Shown in pieces: positions 38,991 to 48,212 of a stretch of DNA of 64,000 bases. The DNA lies in NCBI GenBank assembly GCA_965215515.1, contig OZ244057.1:864001-928000 (forward strand), written 5' to 3'. This DNA comes from Oligoflexales bacterium. GTDB lineage: Bacteria; Bdellovibrionota_B; Oligoflexia; Oligoflexales; JAPPIL01. Every line of letters begins with the position of its first letter. Within the stretch, counting starts at the first letter, position 1. The position numbers and the translations under genes were made by a program. The notes below the pieces were generated by a model. The model worked only from the letters and a program-made list of their open reading frames with translations. It had not been told where the DNA came from and made no database searches.

Positions 38991-39019
38991 TTGCCCCGCA
39001 TGGCAAGATCTGCCATAAT
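38991..39019 (+). promoter_or_regulatory. Sigma70-type promoter with extended -10
   Basis: TTGCCC-17-CATAAT with TG one base upstream of the -10. Confidence 0.55.
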
Positions 39020-39046
39020 GCCGCCTCCACGGTGTACAGGGGCACG

Positions 39047-39148
39047 ATGCACGGCTCGAGACATAAGCGTAAACACCCCAAAGGCCGCAGGAAGGTCGGG
39101 CGCAAAAAGAGACGCATGATGCGCAAGCGCCGTGAACTGCGTACCTGA
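39047..39148 (+). CDS. 33-aa highly basic small protein (not in the ORF track)
   Basis: MHGSRHKRKHPKGRRKVGRKKRRMMRKRRELRT; AGGGG RBS and upstream promoter. Confidence 0.65.
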   Translation: MHGSRHKRKHPKGRRKVGRKKRRMMRKRRELRT

Positions 39149-39304
39149 TTAGTTTTCCCACAATATCGGTATGTTACCTGTTATTGGTGATTGCTCTTTG
39201 CGTTCCCGTGCTGCGAGCGGTAAGCTGGTAGTGTAGGCCAAATTGTTTCGTTACGGTCGCTGGTGCGGGTCTTTGCAACCTGATCTGTGGGGGAGGAGGT
39301 TACT

Positions 39305-39976
39305 ATGCTTGATTTTGTCCAAGCACTGACAGGCCTCGTTGCTGGGGGGGATAGCGGCGCACAGTGGGAAGTCAGTGAGATCGCACGGGTATGTGATTGT
39401 CCTTGTCATCAGGTGTTTGAGTACTTGAGCATCGCATTGGGTGATGACCTAGATGTGCGCGAGCCGCTTACACGCAACATGCTTCTACAGGCACTGGTTA
39501 TCTTGAAGGAAAAGACCCGTCCCCAATTCATGCTCCAACAAAAAAAACTGCTGGCACGACAAGAGAAAGCATGCAAGGGCTACCAGCGCATTATGAAGAA
39601 AGTGAGGACTGCACAGCAAAATGGCGAGTGGCGCAAAGCGTACCGCTCGCTCGGTTACTTCGCACGCGGCAATGCCGACAACTTACCCACCGATTTGCGG
39701 CTGACGATTTATAACGACTGCTTGCGGCTCGGCATCAAGGCACGCACTAACCTGCAAGACCTCGGCAGTTGGTTACGTGCCGTGGTAGAAGCGACGCTGC
39801 GGGATGCCAGTGAAGAGACACTGCATGATGCGTTTGATTTTATCGACACCTATCAAGGTGAATTTCTGTGCGACACTAGCGGCACAGGTGGCAAGCTTCT
39901 CCGCAATATCGTTACCCCTCTGCGAGAAAAAGCATCGAGCTGTGATCTCGCCCTCCCTCCGCTGCTCGCCAGCTAA
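39305..39976 (+). CDS. Hypothetical helical protein
   Basis: GGAGG RBS; long ORF with no competing gene. Confidence 0.65.
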   Translation: MLDFVQALTGLVAGGDSGAQWEVSEIARVCDCPCHQVFEYLSIALGDDLDVREPLTRNMLLQALVILKEKTRPQFMLQQKKLLARQEKACKGYQRIMKKVRTAQQNGEWRKAYRSLGYFARGNADNLPTDLRLTIYNDCLRLGIKARTNLQDLGSWLRAVVEATLRDASEETLHDAFDFIDTYQGEFLCDTSGTGGKLLRNIVTPLREKASSCDLALPPLLAS

Positions 39977-40164
39977 CACACCTACAATACCAGCATCATC
40001 CCAGCCTCCCGAAGTCACGACGATGCGCACGCACCGTTGAAATAAAATTACCTGTATTACTAATAATTTGTTAAAAATATATTGATTTTTGAGATAAAAT
40101 CATTTATAACTCGATGGATGATTAGAAATGCTACCTAGTAGGGATCCTCAGTAAGGAGAATGTT

Positions 40165-41340
40165 ATGAAAATTTTGGCTTTGTTTACAGTCTTGCTGTCT
40201 GTGTCGGGTTGCCCCTCGCGCGACAGAGATGGGGAAGTGGACACTCGCATCACGCTCAAAAAGTTTAACGACGGCTTGGGAATGATGGAGATCGGCTACA
40301 ATTCCGATACCGAGGGGGCACGCTTCCAGTGTAAAGTCAAGCTGACTGGTGGCAACGACACGCGTAACGATCAAAGCTGGGGCGCGTGCGAGGGCAATCC
40401 GCTGCAGATTCCTATGGCGATAGGCGAGCGGCTGGAGTTGCAGGTGCGGGCGATTACAGCTGACAACCGTGTCGATGTTACACCATCGACGGTCACCTAC
40501 GTGCACGGGGCTAACCCAGGCGGTTCGCACACTCTGAACACGTTGCCAACACCACCCGTGTTACAAGTCGGTATTGCGCACGAGTTTCAAGTGCCGCAAG
40601 GGATGCACATCACACAGTACGCTACCAACAACAACTATCAAGGAGTTGGTATCGAGCTGGTGCGCCTGCAACAGGGACAGGATGCCAATTACCTCGGCAG
40701 CTACCCCTTGCAAGCACTAGGCGGTAACGGTTGCAGCACCTTTTCGCAGGCTATCGTGTCGCTGAGCAGCCCAGGGGCAAGGACTTACAGGTACTGTCAG
40801 TCTTTTCTCGACGCGGGAGATTACTTCAACATGTTCAGCGGCAACTACGCCCGTAACCACATCGAAGTGGCCTCCGACGGTTATGCCAGCGAAATGCAAC
40901 CTGGCAGCAGGCCACAGTCACGCTTGTTGGTGCAGACTTACGGCCCGCAAGAAGAAAATATGATCAGGAATAGGTTCAACGATCTGTGCCACCCTTCACG
41001 GGCAATCGGCCCCGAAAGCCGCTTTGCTTCCCTTCCTATGATAGAGGACTTTTGGTTGGCAAAGGGAGGGTTGACCGTGCGTGATACCCACGTCTGCACG
41101 GTGAAGCTCGGCGGTCTGCACGGAGGCTTGTTTAAAGTCGGTGGTTTTACCGCCCTGACCCCCGTCAACAACATCCATCACAGGGTCGGTTGTAGCGCAG
41201 GCAGCTGCGGCAGCTACGCCAAGTTCATCTCGGTGGTCTACATGGAACGTGTCGCGGGTGGCAATGGCATCGACCAAGAATTCGCACGCAACTTCCAGAA
41301 AACCCTGGTCTCCTCCCTGAGAAGGAACAGACCCCTATAG
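40165..41340 (+). CDS. Hypothetical lipoprotein
   Basis: AAGGAG RBS; lipobox VSGC; beta-rich N-domain with several Cys. Confidence 0.75.
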   Translation: MKILALFTVLLSVSGCPSRDRDGEVDTRITLKKFNDGLGMMEIGYNSDTEGARFQCKVKLTGGNDTRNDQSWGACEGNPLQIPMAIGERLELQVRAITADNRVDVTPSTVTYVHGANPGGSHTLNTLPTPPVLQVGIAHEFQVPQGMHITQYATNNNYQGVGIELVRLQQGQDANYLGSYPLQALGGNGCSTFSQAIVSLSSPGARTYRYCQSFLDAGDYFNMFSGNYARNHIEVASDGYASEMQPGSRPQSRLLVQTYGPQEENMIRNRFNDLCHPSRAIGPESRFASLPMIEDFWLAKGGLTVRDTHVCTVKLGGLHGGLFKVGGFTALTPVNNIHHRVGCSAGSCGSYAKFISVVYMERVAGGNGIDQEFARNFQKTLVSSLRRNRPL

Positions 41341-41395
41341 ACATAGGAGTTGTCCACCCTCCCTTGGGCAACTTCTACGGCGACGTATCACGACC

Positions 41396-42049
41396 TTACC
41401 GTGGTACGTCGCCTTGGCGCATGCCGATCCCTGTCCGAGGCCACGCGGCAACGTTGCTGGCAACGTGCTTCCCCACCATGTCGCTTTCGAAATTCACCCG
41501 CTGTCGAGGCACGAGTGCCGCGAGGTTAGTCCGCTGACAAGTGGCGGGAATCAAACAAACCGTCATCGCCTGCCCGTGCGAGGCATCGTTCTGCACGGTG
41601 GTGATCGTTAAGCTAACCCCATTCAGGGCGACCGCGGCACGGGGGAATATCTGGGTCTCATACCCCTCTGGCACCGCGAGAGTGAGGTCAAGACCACGCG
41701 CAGGTGTGCCGTCCACACCCAGCACCTCGGCCACAGCATCGACGTGACCGCTAACCAAATGACCATGGACACGATCCCCCAGACACAACGGCAACTCGAC
41801 GTTGAGCAGTTGCCCCCGTGCGAAGGTGGCAAAGGTAGTACACCGACGGGTGGCGTGGCTGAGGTCGAAAGACACCCGCTCCGCCTCGCAGGCAACGACG
41901 GTCAGACAGCAGCCATCCAGTGCCACACTATCACCATCCCGCAACCGTTCACCGAACGCGGCGACCGACAGACGCACCCCGCCATCGGCGCACTGCACGA
42001 GATCCACGACGGAGGTAGTGTGGGTAATCAGACCCGTGAACATCTTCAC
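41396..42049 (-). CDS. ribE: Riboflavin synthase alpha chain
   Basis: MFTGLI, GDSVALDGCCLTV, GHLVSGHVD, NGVSLT. Confidence 0.93.
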   Translation of the reverse strand: MKMFTGLITHTTSVVDLVQCADGGVRLSVAAFGERLRDGDSVALDGCCLTVVACEAERVSFDLSHATRRCTTFATFARGQLLNVELPLCLGDRVHGHLVSGHVDAVAEVLGVDGTPARGLDLTLAVPEGYETQIFPRAAVALNGVSLTITTVQNDASHGQAMTVCLIPATCQRTNLAALVPRQRVNFESDMVGKHVASNVAAWPRTGIGMRQGDVPR

Positions 42050-43056
42050 ACTTTGCGCAAGACAGTCGCCCCCCAGGTCAACCCAGAACCGACGACGACA
42101 AGCAGAATAGTGTCACCCTGACGCAAACGCTCCCAATTTTGAGATAACACATCAGGTGCACCCGCCGCCCCCTGATTGCCATAGTCAACGACGTTACAGA
42201 GATGCTGCGTGGTACGTAAACCGAGTTTGCTGAGCACCGCCTGCAACATACGGTGGTTGGCCTGATGCCCGATAAAATAATCGATGTTGTCGATGGTCAA
42301 GGCATTGCGTTGGAGGATAGCCCGCGCGGCAGCGATGGTTTTGGAGATGGCAAACTTCTGCACCGCCTTGCCCTGCTGCGCCAACGTGCCGCCATCGGGA
42401 ATAACCACCTTGTCACAGGCAGCAGGGTGCGAATAGACTTCCGTGTCGATTACCGCCAAGCCCCGTCCCCCGCTCTCTACTACAGCACAAGCACTGCCGT
42501 CACCGAACAACACACAACTGCCGCGATCACGGTAATCCATGCGCAGTGAATAACGTTCTGGATTACAGATTAACACCTTGCGACTGCGATCGACAGCCAA
42601 CATCCGTCGGGCAAAGTGCAGATCGACAACGAACGAACTGCAAGCCGAATTGATGTCCACCGCCACACCCTTCAATCCCAATTTGGCGGCGATGACACAA
42701 GCATTGGCAGGGATGTCCCAATCGGGCACCGACGTACCGCAGATGACCAGCCATTCACCCCGCCAGGTCTTTACCCTTTTTCTCTTCTGCAAACAGCTAA
42801 AAGCAGCCGCCGCGCAACTCGCAATGTCCCACTCACAGCCGCCTGTGCGCATGGCAGTGATGGCCTGCGGTGTGTCTTTCAGAGTGCGAATCTGTGCAGG
42901 GCTGAGCACCGAGCGGCGCGTCTTGATCCCCGTACGTGCCTCGATCCAGGCACTCGCAGAACCGATATCGAGGGTAGCAAAAAAATCGTTGTCGATAACA
43001 TGCGGAGGAAACCAATGCCCCATCGCCGTTATCACCGCATGCGGTTCAGCAATCAT
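42046..43056 (-). CDS. fabH: 3-oxoacyl-ACP synthase III
   Basis: SACSS, LFGDG, HQAN, YGN, GSGLTWG. Confidence 0.88.
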   Translation of the reverse strand: MIAEPHAVITAMGHWFPPHVIDNDFFATLDIGSASAWIEARTGIKTRRSVLSPAQIRTLKDTPQAITAMRTGGCEWDIASCAAAAFSCLQKRKRVKTWRGEWLVICGTSVPDWDIPANACVIAAKLGLKGVAVDINSACSSFVVDLHFARRMLAVDRSRKVLICNPERYSLRMDYRDRGSCVLFGDGSACAVVESGGRGLAVIDTEVYSHPAACDKVVIPDGGTLAQQGKAVQKFAISKTIAAARAILQRNALTIDNIDYFIGHQANHRMLQAVLSKLGLRTTQHLCNVVDYGNQGAAGAPDVLSQNWERLRQGDTILLVVVGSGLTWGATVLRKV

Positions 43057-43796
43057 CAGCCTGCAAACATACCTCCGTTGACATGCAAGGTTGTGCCCGT
43101 GATGTACTGCGTTGCAGGAGAGGCGAGGAACGCCACCGCCTGTGCCACGTCCTGCGGCTTACCGAACTTTTGCAGCGGAATACGTTCTTTGATGGCAGCG
43201 ATAATGTCATCCGAGAGGCGCGCCGTCATGTCGCTATCGATCAAGCCTGGGGCAACACAGTTGCAGAGGATGTTGAACTGTGCCAAGTCCTGCGCAATGC
43301 TTAAGGTAAAGCCTGTGATCGCACTCTTGGTGGCAGCATAAAGACCCTGCCCGAAATTTCCCGTATGCCCGACTACCGAGGTGATGTTGATGATACGCCC
43401 CCACTTGCTCTTAATCATCATGCGCGCCACCAGCTTGGACAACAGAAAAGTGGGACGCAGATTGACCGCGATCAATGTCTGGAAGTCCTCCGCCTTCGCA
43501 AAAGGCAGAATCTGATCCTTCACCGTGCCCGCGTTGTTGACCAACACGTCGATACGTCCGAGTTCGCCTTTCACGCGCTTGACGAGCTCTTCAGCCGCGT
43601 TCTCCTGTGCGAGGTCAGCTCGGTAGGCCTCCGCCCCCGTCAGTTCGTTGCACAGGGCACGGGCCAACTGTTCGTCACGCCGATAGTGCACGGCAAGGCG
43701 GTAACCGTCACGGTGCAAAGCCGCCGCACAGGCCGCCCCTATACCTCGTGACGCGCCTGTCACCAATGCCACCCGCGGTGTGTTTTGTTCTGTCAT
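43056..43796 (-). CDS. fabG: 3-oxoacyl-ACP reductase
   Basis: TGASRGIG, NNAG, YAATK, YITGTTLHVNGG. Confidence 0.9.
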   Translation of the reverse strand: MTEQNTPRVALVTGASRGIGAACAAALHRDGYRLAVHYRRDEQLARALCNELTGAEAYRADLAQENAAEELVKRVKGELGRIDVLVNNAGTVKDQILPFAKAEDFQTLIAVNLRPTFLLSKLVARMMIKSKWGRIINITSVVGHTGNFGQGLYAATKSAITGFTLSIAQDLAQFNILCNCVAPGLIDSDMTARLSDDIIAAIKERIPLQKFGKPQDVAQAVAFLASPATQYITGTTLHVNGGMFAG

Positions 43797-43929
43797 CTTG
43801 TCTCCTTAACTCCACGCCCCCACCACCGTCCAGGAGTATAACACAGGTGGTTATTTTTTTGGCAAGGGCTGTTTTTTAGGCAAGTAGAGTGATACACTGC
43901 CGCGACGCGATGGCGATTATGGGTGGTGT

Positions 43930-45666
43930 ATGCATTTTGAGACGATCGAAAACTGGGTGAAAGAAAGTGCGCAGCTGGTGGGAGCCGCGCAGGTCAGGTG
44001 GTGCGACGGTTCGCGACAGGAGTACGATAATCTCATCACGATGATGCTCCAGGACGGTTCATTGTTGCCGCTGCATGAGAAATACCGCAACTGCTATCTG
44101 CATCGCTCGCATCCCAGCGACGTGGCACGCACCGAGCAGCAGACTTTTGTCTGTCCTCGTAACCGTGACGACGCAGGCCCCAACAACAACTGGCTCGACC
44201 CTCAGCAGGCACACGCCAAGATGGACGCGCTATTCCGCAATTGTATGCACAAGCGGACGATGTATGTCGTTCCCTACTGTATGGGGCCGCTCGCGTCGCC
44301 CTACGCGGGGCTGGGTATCGAGATTACCGACAGTCCTTATGTCGTGGCTAACATGCACATCATGACGCGCATGGGGGAGCAGGCGTTGGCGCGTATCAAG
44401 CGAGGCGAACAGCAGGTCGTTCGTGGCCTACACTCGGTCGCTGACCTCGACCCGCAGAGACGCTTCATCATGCATTTCCCCGAAGAACTGTTGATCAAGA
44501 GTGTCGGTTCTGGTTACGGCGGCAATGCCCTGTTGGGCAAGAAGTGCCACGCGCTGCGGATTGCCAGCAATCAAGCACATCAGCACGGTTGGTTGGCGGA
44601 ACACATGCTGATCGCGGGTATCGAGCACAAAGGCGAGACACACTACATCGCCGCGGCTTTCCCCTCCGCGTGTGGCAAGACCAATCTCGCCATGTTGATT
44701 CCGCCTGCCAAGTACCAGAAGGACTACAAGGTGTGGACGGTCGGCGATGATATCGCCTGGATGCATGTCGGTGATGACGGTCGTCTGTGGGCGATCAATC
44801 CCGAAGCGGGGTTTTTCGGGGTGGTGCCAGGCACGAATGAGCACAGCAATCCCAACGCTCTGCGGATGCTCGACCGCGACACGATTTTCACCAACGTCGC
44901 CCTTACTGCCGACAACGAGCCGTGGTGGGAGGGCAAACTCAGCGGACAGCCGCACATCAATTGGAAAGGCGAGCCGCACCACCGCGGTCAAGGGCCTGCG
45001 GCACATCCCAACTCCCGCTTCACCGTCTCCGCCAAACAGTGTCCCAGTTATTCGCCTGCGGCGGAAGAGGCGTGCGGTGTGCCGCTCAGTGCGATTATTT
45101 TCGGCGGGCGGCGTTCGACTCTTAACCCTCTTGTGGTGGAGTCGTTTGATTGGGCACATGGTGTTTACATGGGGGCGACGCTGTCTTCCGAAACGACTGC
45201 TGCGGCGACGGGCAGGGTGGGTGTGGTGCGGCGTGACCCGATGGCGATGTTGCCGTTTTGCGGCTACAACATGGGCGATTACTGGTCGCACTGGTTGAGT
45301 ATGCAGCAGCGTGCTACCCAGTTACCGCGCATTTTCCAGGCCAATTGGTTTCGGCGTGATAGTGACGGAAAATTTCTCTGGCCTGGTTTCGGCGACAATT
45401 TGCGTGTTTTGCAATGGGTGATCGCTCGTTGCAAAAATCGGGTCGATGCTACCAGCACTCCTATCGGGTATTTGCCTAAGATCGCCGACATCGACTGTGA
45501 CGGCTTGGATTTATCCGAAGCTACCAAGCGTTCTTTGTTTGCTATCGACAAGCATGGTTGGCAAGCTGAGCTGGCGGCTATCTTCAACTACTTCGAGACT
45601 TTCGGCACGCATGTGCCACAGGCGTTCGCCGCGCAAATGCAACGTATTCGTACCCAACTTCGCTAG
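43930..45666 (+). CDS. pckG: Phosphoenolpyruvate carboxykinase (GTP)
   Basis: YGGNALLGKKC, FPSACGKTNLAM, VGDDIAW, HPNSRF. Confidence 0.96.
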   Translation: MHFETIENWVKESAQLVGAAQVRWCDGSRQEYDNLITMMLQDGSLLPLHEKYRNCYLHRSHPSDVARTEQQTFVCPRNRDDAGPNNNWLDPQQAHAKMDALFRNCMHKRTMYVVPYCMGPLASPYAGLGIEITDSPYVVANMHIMTRMGEQALARIKRGEQQVVRGLHSVADLDPQRRFIMHFPEELLIKSVGSGYGGNALLGKKCHALRIASNQAHQHGWLAEHMLIAGIEHKGETHYIAAAFPSACGKTNLAMLIPPAKYQKDYKVWTVGDDIAWMHVGDDGRLWAINPEAGFFGVVPGTNEHSNPNALRMLDRDTIFTNVALTADNEPWWEGKLSGQPHINWKGEPHHRGQGPAAHPNSRFTVSAKQCPSYSPAAEEACGVPLSAIIFGGRRSTLNPLVVESFDWAHGVYMGATLSSETTAAATGRVGVVRRDPMAMLPFCGYNMGDYWSHWLSMQQRATQLPRIFQANWFRRDSDGKFLWPGFGDNLRVLQWVIARCKNRVDATSTPIGYLPKIADIDCDGLDLSEATKRSLFAIDKHGWQAELAAIFNYFETFGTHVPQAFAAQMQRIRTQLR

Positions 45667-45732
45667 GGGCACGGCACTAAACGTTTTCCGTTGTGCCACC
45701 GATAGGGGTGGTGGACGGCGTGGTGTGTCGGA

Positions 45733-46788
45733 ATGGGTAAAGCGGACAGCCTCAACATTATCACCGACGAGCGGGCTTTGGATAGGGATGACTTCTCTTT
45801 ATGCGGGGATTATTCTGCGATAGGTATCGATAGCTCTCTCAATCGTTTCTACGTTACCTATGATCGTGTTTTGTTTCGTAAATTACCTGAAGTAATTCAA
45901 ACGATTCTCGAAGCTAACGGGTTTGTGCACAATTTTGAAAACATGCTTTCCTGTCTTGAACGTCTGTGTTTCGGGGTGCGCAGCGAGGAGAGCAAAGACA
46001 GTGTGCGCCGCGGCTCGCCTTGTCTGGTAATCCGTTTTCCCGATAAGAAAAAAATCGGGGCATTGCTTAACAATTTCTACAAAGAAGTCAACAAGTACGA
46101 AGACATTATCGCTAGTTATCAAGCTGACAATCTGGCGAGCAATAAAAAAAATCGCCGTGAATTAGAAATTGCGCTAGAGAAACTGCGCACAGAAAACGCT
46201 GAACTGAAGAAAGAAAAAACCGCACTGCAACAAACGGTAGCTTATCTGCGTTCAGCGCACGAGCACGCTCTTACCGCGGGCAATTCCCTGCCAGTCGATT
46301 TGTCCTTTGCACGCGCCAAAGAAATAATTGCTGAAGATCGATGTGTGCTGTTAAGATGTCGCAACAAAAGCTATCGTGTGCCGTTAAGTATGTTCGATGT
46401 TTTGCCTGAGAAAGAGCAGATGTGTCTAGTTTTGTTCGCTAAGCATAACAAAATTAGCAGAGTTTTTATCTATGGTGAAGGTGGTACAATTATTCCTAAA
46501 AGCCTGTGTATTGTGCTACATATTAAGGGTGATCGTCTTAAATTACGTGATTGTCTGAGCCGTCGTGTTTATCTTTTTACCCTCAGGAGTGATCGGGAAA
46601 GGAAGCGGTTAGGGAAGGTGGGACGGGGGAGCAGTGTCATTGCCTCTTTGTATAATGGGTATGTTTTTGATCTTGTGATGTTGACTCCTATGGTTAATAG
46701 TTTGTTTGAGGATTTGATGCACGAGCGTGTTATGCGGGCGGGAATCGACTTACAGCACGGCGGCGATGATGATGAGCAAGGGGCATAG
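45733..46788 (+). CDS. Hypothetical protein: N-domain, coiled coil, two OB-fold-like repeats
   Basis: Heptad stretch LEIALEKLRTENAELKKEKTAL followed by two beta-rich units. Confidence 0.7.
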   Translation: MGKADSLNIITDERALDRDDFSLCGDYSAIGIDSSLNRFYVTYDRVLFRKLPEVIQTILEANGFVHNFENMLSCLERLCFGVRSEESKDSVRRGSPCLVIRFPDKKKIGALLNNFYKEVNKYEDIIASYQADNLASNKKNRRELEIALEKLRTENAELKKEKTALQQTVAYLRSAHEHALTAGNSLPVDLSFARAKEIIAEDRCVLLRCRNKSYRVPLSMFDVLPEKEQMCLVLFAKHNKISRVFIYGEGGTIIPKSLCIVLHIKGDRLKLRDCLSRRVYLFTLRSDRERKRLGKVGRGSSVIASLYNGYVFDLVMLTPMVNSLFEDLMHERVMRAGIDLQHGGDDDEQGA

Positions 46789-46790
46789 GC

Positions 46791-47582
46791 ATGGAGAAGC
46801 TGCGCGCGAGGACATACTTAAAATCGCCGAGCAAACGCTTCGACCCGCTTGCTTTGTTGATCAGTGTAGCGGGTCTGGGTTTTGTTTTTTTTGTAGCTAA
46901 CCGTGTTGGTGCAACGGCACAGGTGTTTGACGTACGTAGTGCAATTATAGTAGTAGGGGGCACGTTTTTTGTTTTGTTATTTCAATTTGATTTTACTTCG
47001 GCTTTTATTTCTCTCAAAATAATTCTTAAATCTTTATGGGGAACACCTGATCGGCCTGTGTTAAAGATTTTACGGCAGCTAGACACTGCGATCATCAACG
47101 ATTATGGTCTTGATAAGTTGCGCAAAGGCGAGAGGTTGACGGGTGAGTTGCTCAACGACATCGTGTATATGTATCACAAAGGTTTGCTTTACGAAGAGAT
47201 AGACACCTTTGTTACCACGAGAATTTCCGACGCGTATTTGCATCGGGAGCTAGCGGTATCGTTGCTCAACAAGGCGGCAACGATTGCTCCTGCTCTCGGT
47301 TTGTTCGGCACGGTGTTGGGTTTAATTGGGGTTTTGCGTTCTCTCAATACCCCTGAGGGGATCGGGGCATCGATGTCGCTTGCTTTGTTGACTACGGTGT
47401 ATGGCACGGGTTTAGGCTCACTGGTGTTCACGCCTTTATCGGGTCGTATCGAGCATCACAATGTTATTTATCTAGAAGCACACCGCCAATTACTTAACAA
47501 AATTGCTTTGTTACTGAAAAGGTCGGAGCGGCGTATGAGTAGGGCACGCTTGAAGGAAGTAAATGCCTATGAAATTGAGTGA
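46791..47582 (+). CDS. MotA/PomA-family ion-channel stator subunit (non-flagellar context)
   Basis: SAIIVVGGT, APALGLFGTVLGLI, MSLALLTTVYG, VFTPLSGR. Confidence 0.9.
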   Translation: MEKLRARTYLKSPSKRFDPLALLISVAGLGFVFFVANRVGATAQVFDVRSAIIVVGGTFFVLLFQFDFTSAFISLKIILKSLWGTPDRPVLKILRQLDTAIINDYGLDKLRKGERLTGELLNDIVYMYHKGLLYEEIDTFVTTRISDAYLHRELAVSLLNKAATIAPALGLFGTVLGLIGVLRSLNTPEGIGASMSLALLTTVYGTGLGSLVFTPLSGRIEHHNVIYLEAHRQLLNKIALLLKRSERRMSRARLKEVNAYEIE

Positions 47583-48204
47583 TCTAAAAAAAATCAGTCA
47601 AGAAAACAAAGCGAATGTGTTTTATCTTAGTTTTAGCGACTTGATGGTATTGTTGTGTGTTTTTTTCATCATGTTGATAAGCATCAGTAAAATTGAAACT
47701 TTTTCTTTTGAGCAAATAAAAACTTCCTTCACGGGTTCAACCCGCGGCACACTTGCGGAGCTGGGTAAAAAGCTCAGGGGCATGACAAGACGTGAGGGGG
47801 TAAAAATCAGTCTTGATAAAGATGGTTTGCGCCTCAATCTTGAAGTTGCGGCACTTTTTAAAACAGCGAGTGCCACTTTAAAAAAAAATGCTTTGCGTAA
47901 AATCGACCCGCTGTTACATGAGATAAGAAAAACTGACTATACTGTTGATGTTGAGGGGCATACCGATGATCGTAATCTTTACTATGTCAAAAAAGATAGC
48001 AGTATTGAAACTAACTGGTCACTGAGTGGCAGGCGTGCCAGCACTGTCGTGCTTTATATGATGCGCAAAGGTTTTGCTAAAAAAAGGCTGCGAGTAGTTG
48101 GATATGCGAGCAATAAGCCGATAGCTAGTGTAGCTAGGAAAGCTGGGCGTGCGCTGGCCCGTGCCCGCGCCCAGAATAGGCGGGTGTCGTTGTTGGTTAA
48201 GTAG
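47563..48204 (+). CDS. MotB-family protein with OmpA-like peptidoglycan-binding domain
   Basis: SFSDLMVLLCVFFIML (conserved Asp), VEGHTDD, NWSLSGRRA, NRRVSL. Confidence 0.9.
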   Translation: MPMKLSDLKKISQENKANVFYLSFSDLMVLLCVFFIMLISISKIETFSFEQIKTSFTGSTRGTLAELGKKLRGMTRREGVKISLDKDGLRLNLEVAALFKTASATLKKNALRKIDPLLHEIRKTDYTVDVEGHTDDRNLYYVKKDSSIETNWSLSGRRASTVVLYMMRKGFAKKRLRVVGYASNKPIASVARKAGRALARARAQNRRVSLLVK

Positions 48205-48212
48205 GTACTACG

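Noticed and set aside
38862..39161. N-terminal extension of the HAMP protein and the 80-aa minus-strand ORF
   Set aside because: Composition is not protein-like; the region is better explained by the plus-strand promoter and 33-aa gene.
40085..40110. Possible Fur box upstream of the lipoprotein gene
   Set aside because: My alignment to GATAATGATAATCATTATC gave only 9/19 in AT-rich DNA.
46791..48204. Calling these genes flagellar motA/motB or zorA/zorB
   Set aside because: No flagellar context and no ZorA-type long tail; symbols withheld pending phylogeny.
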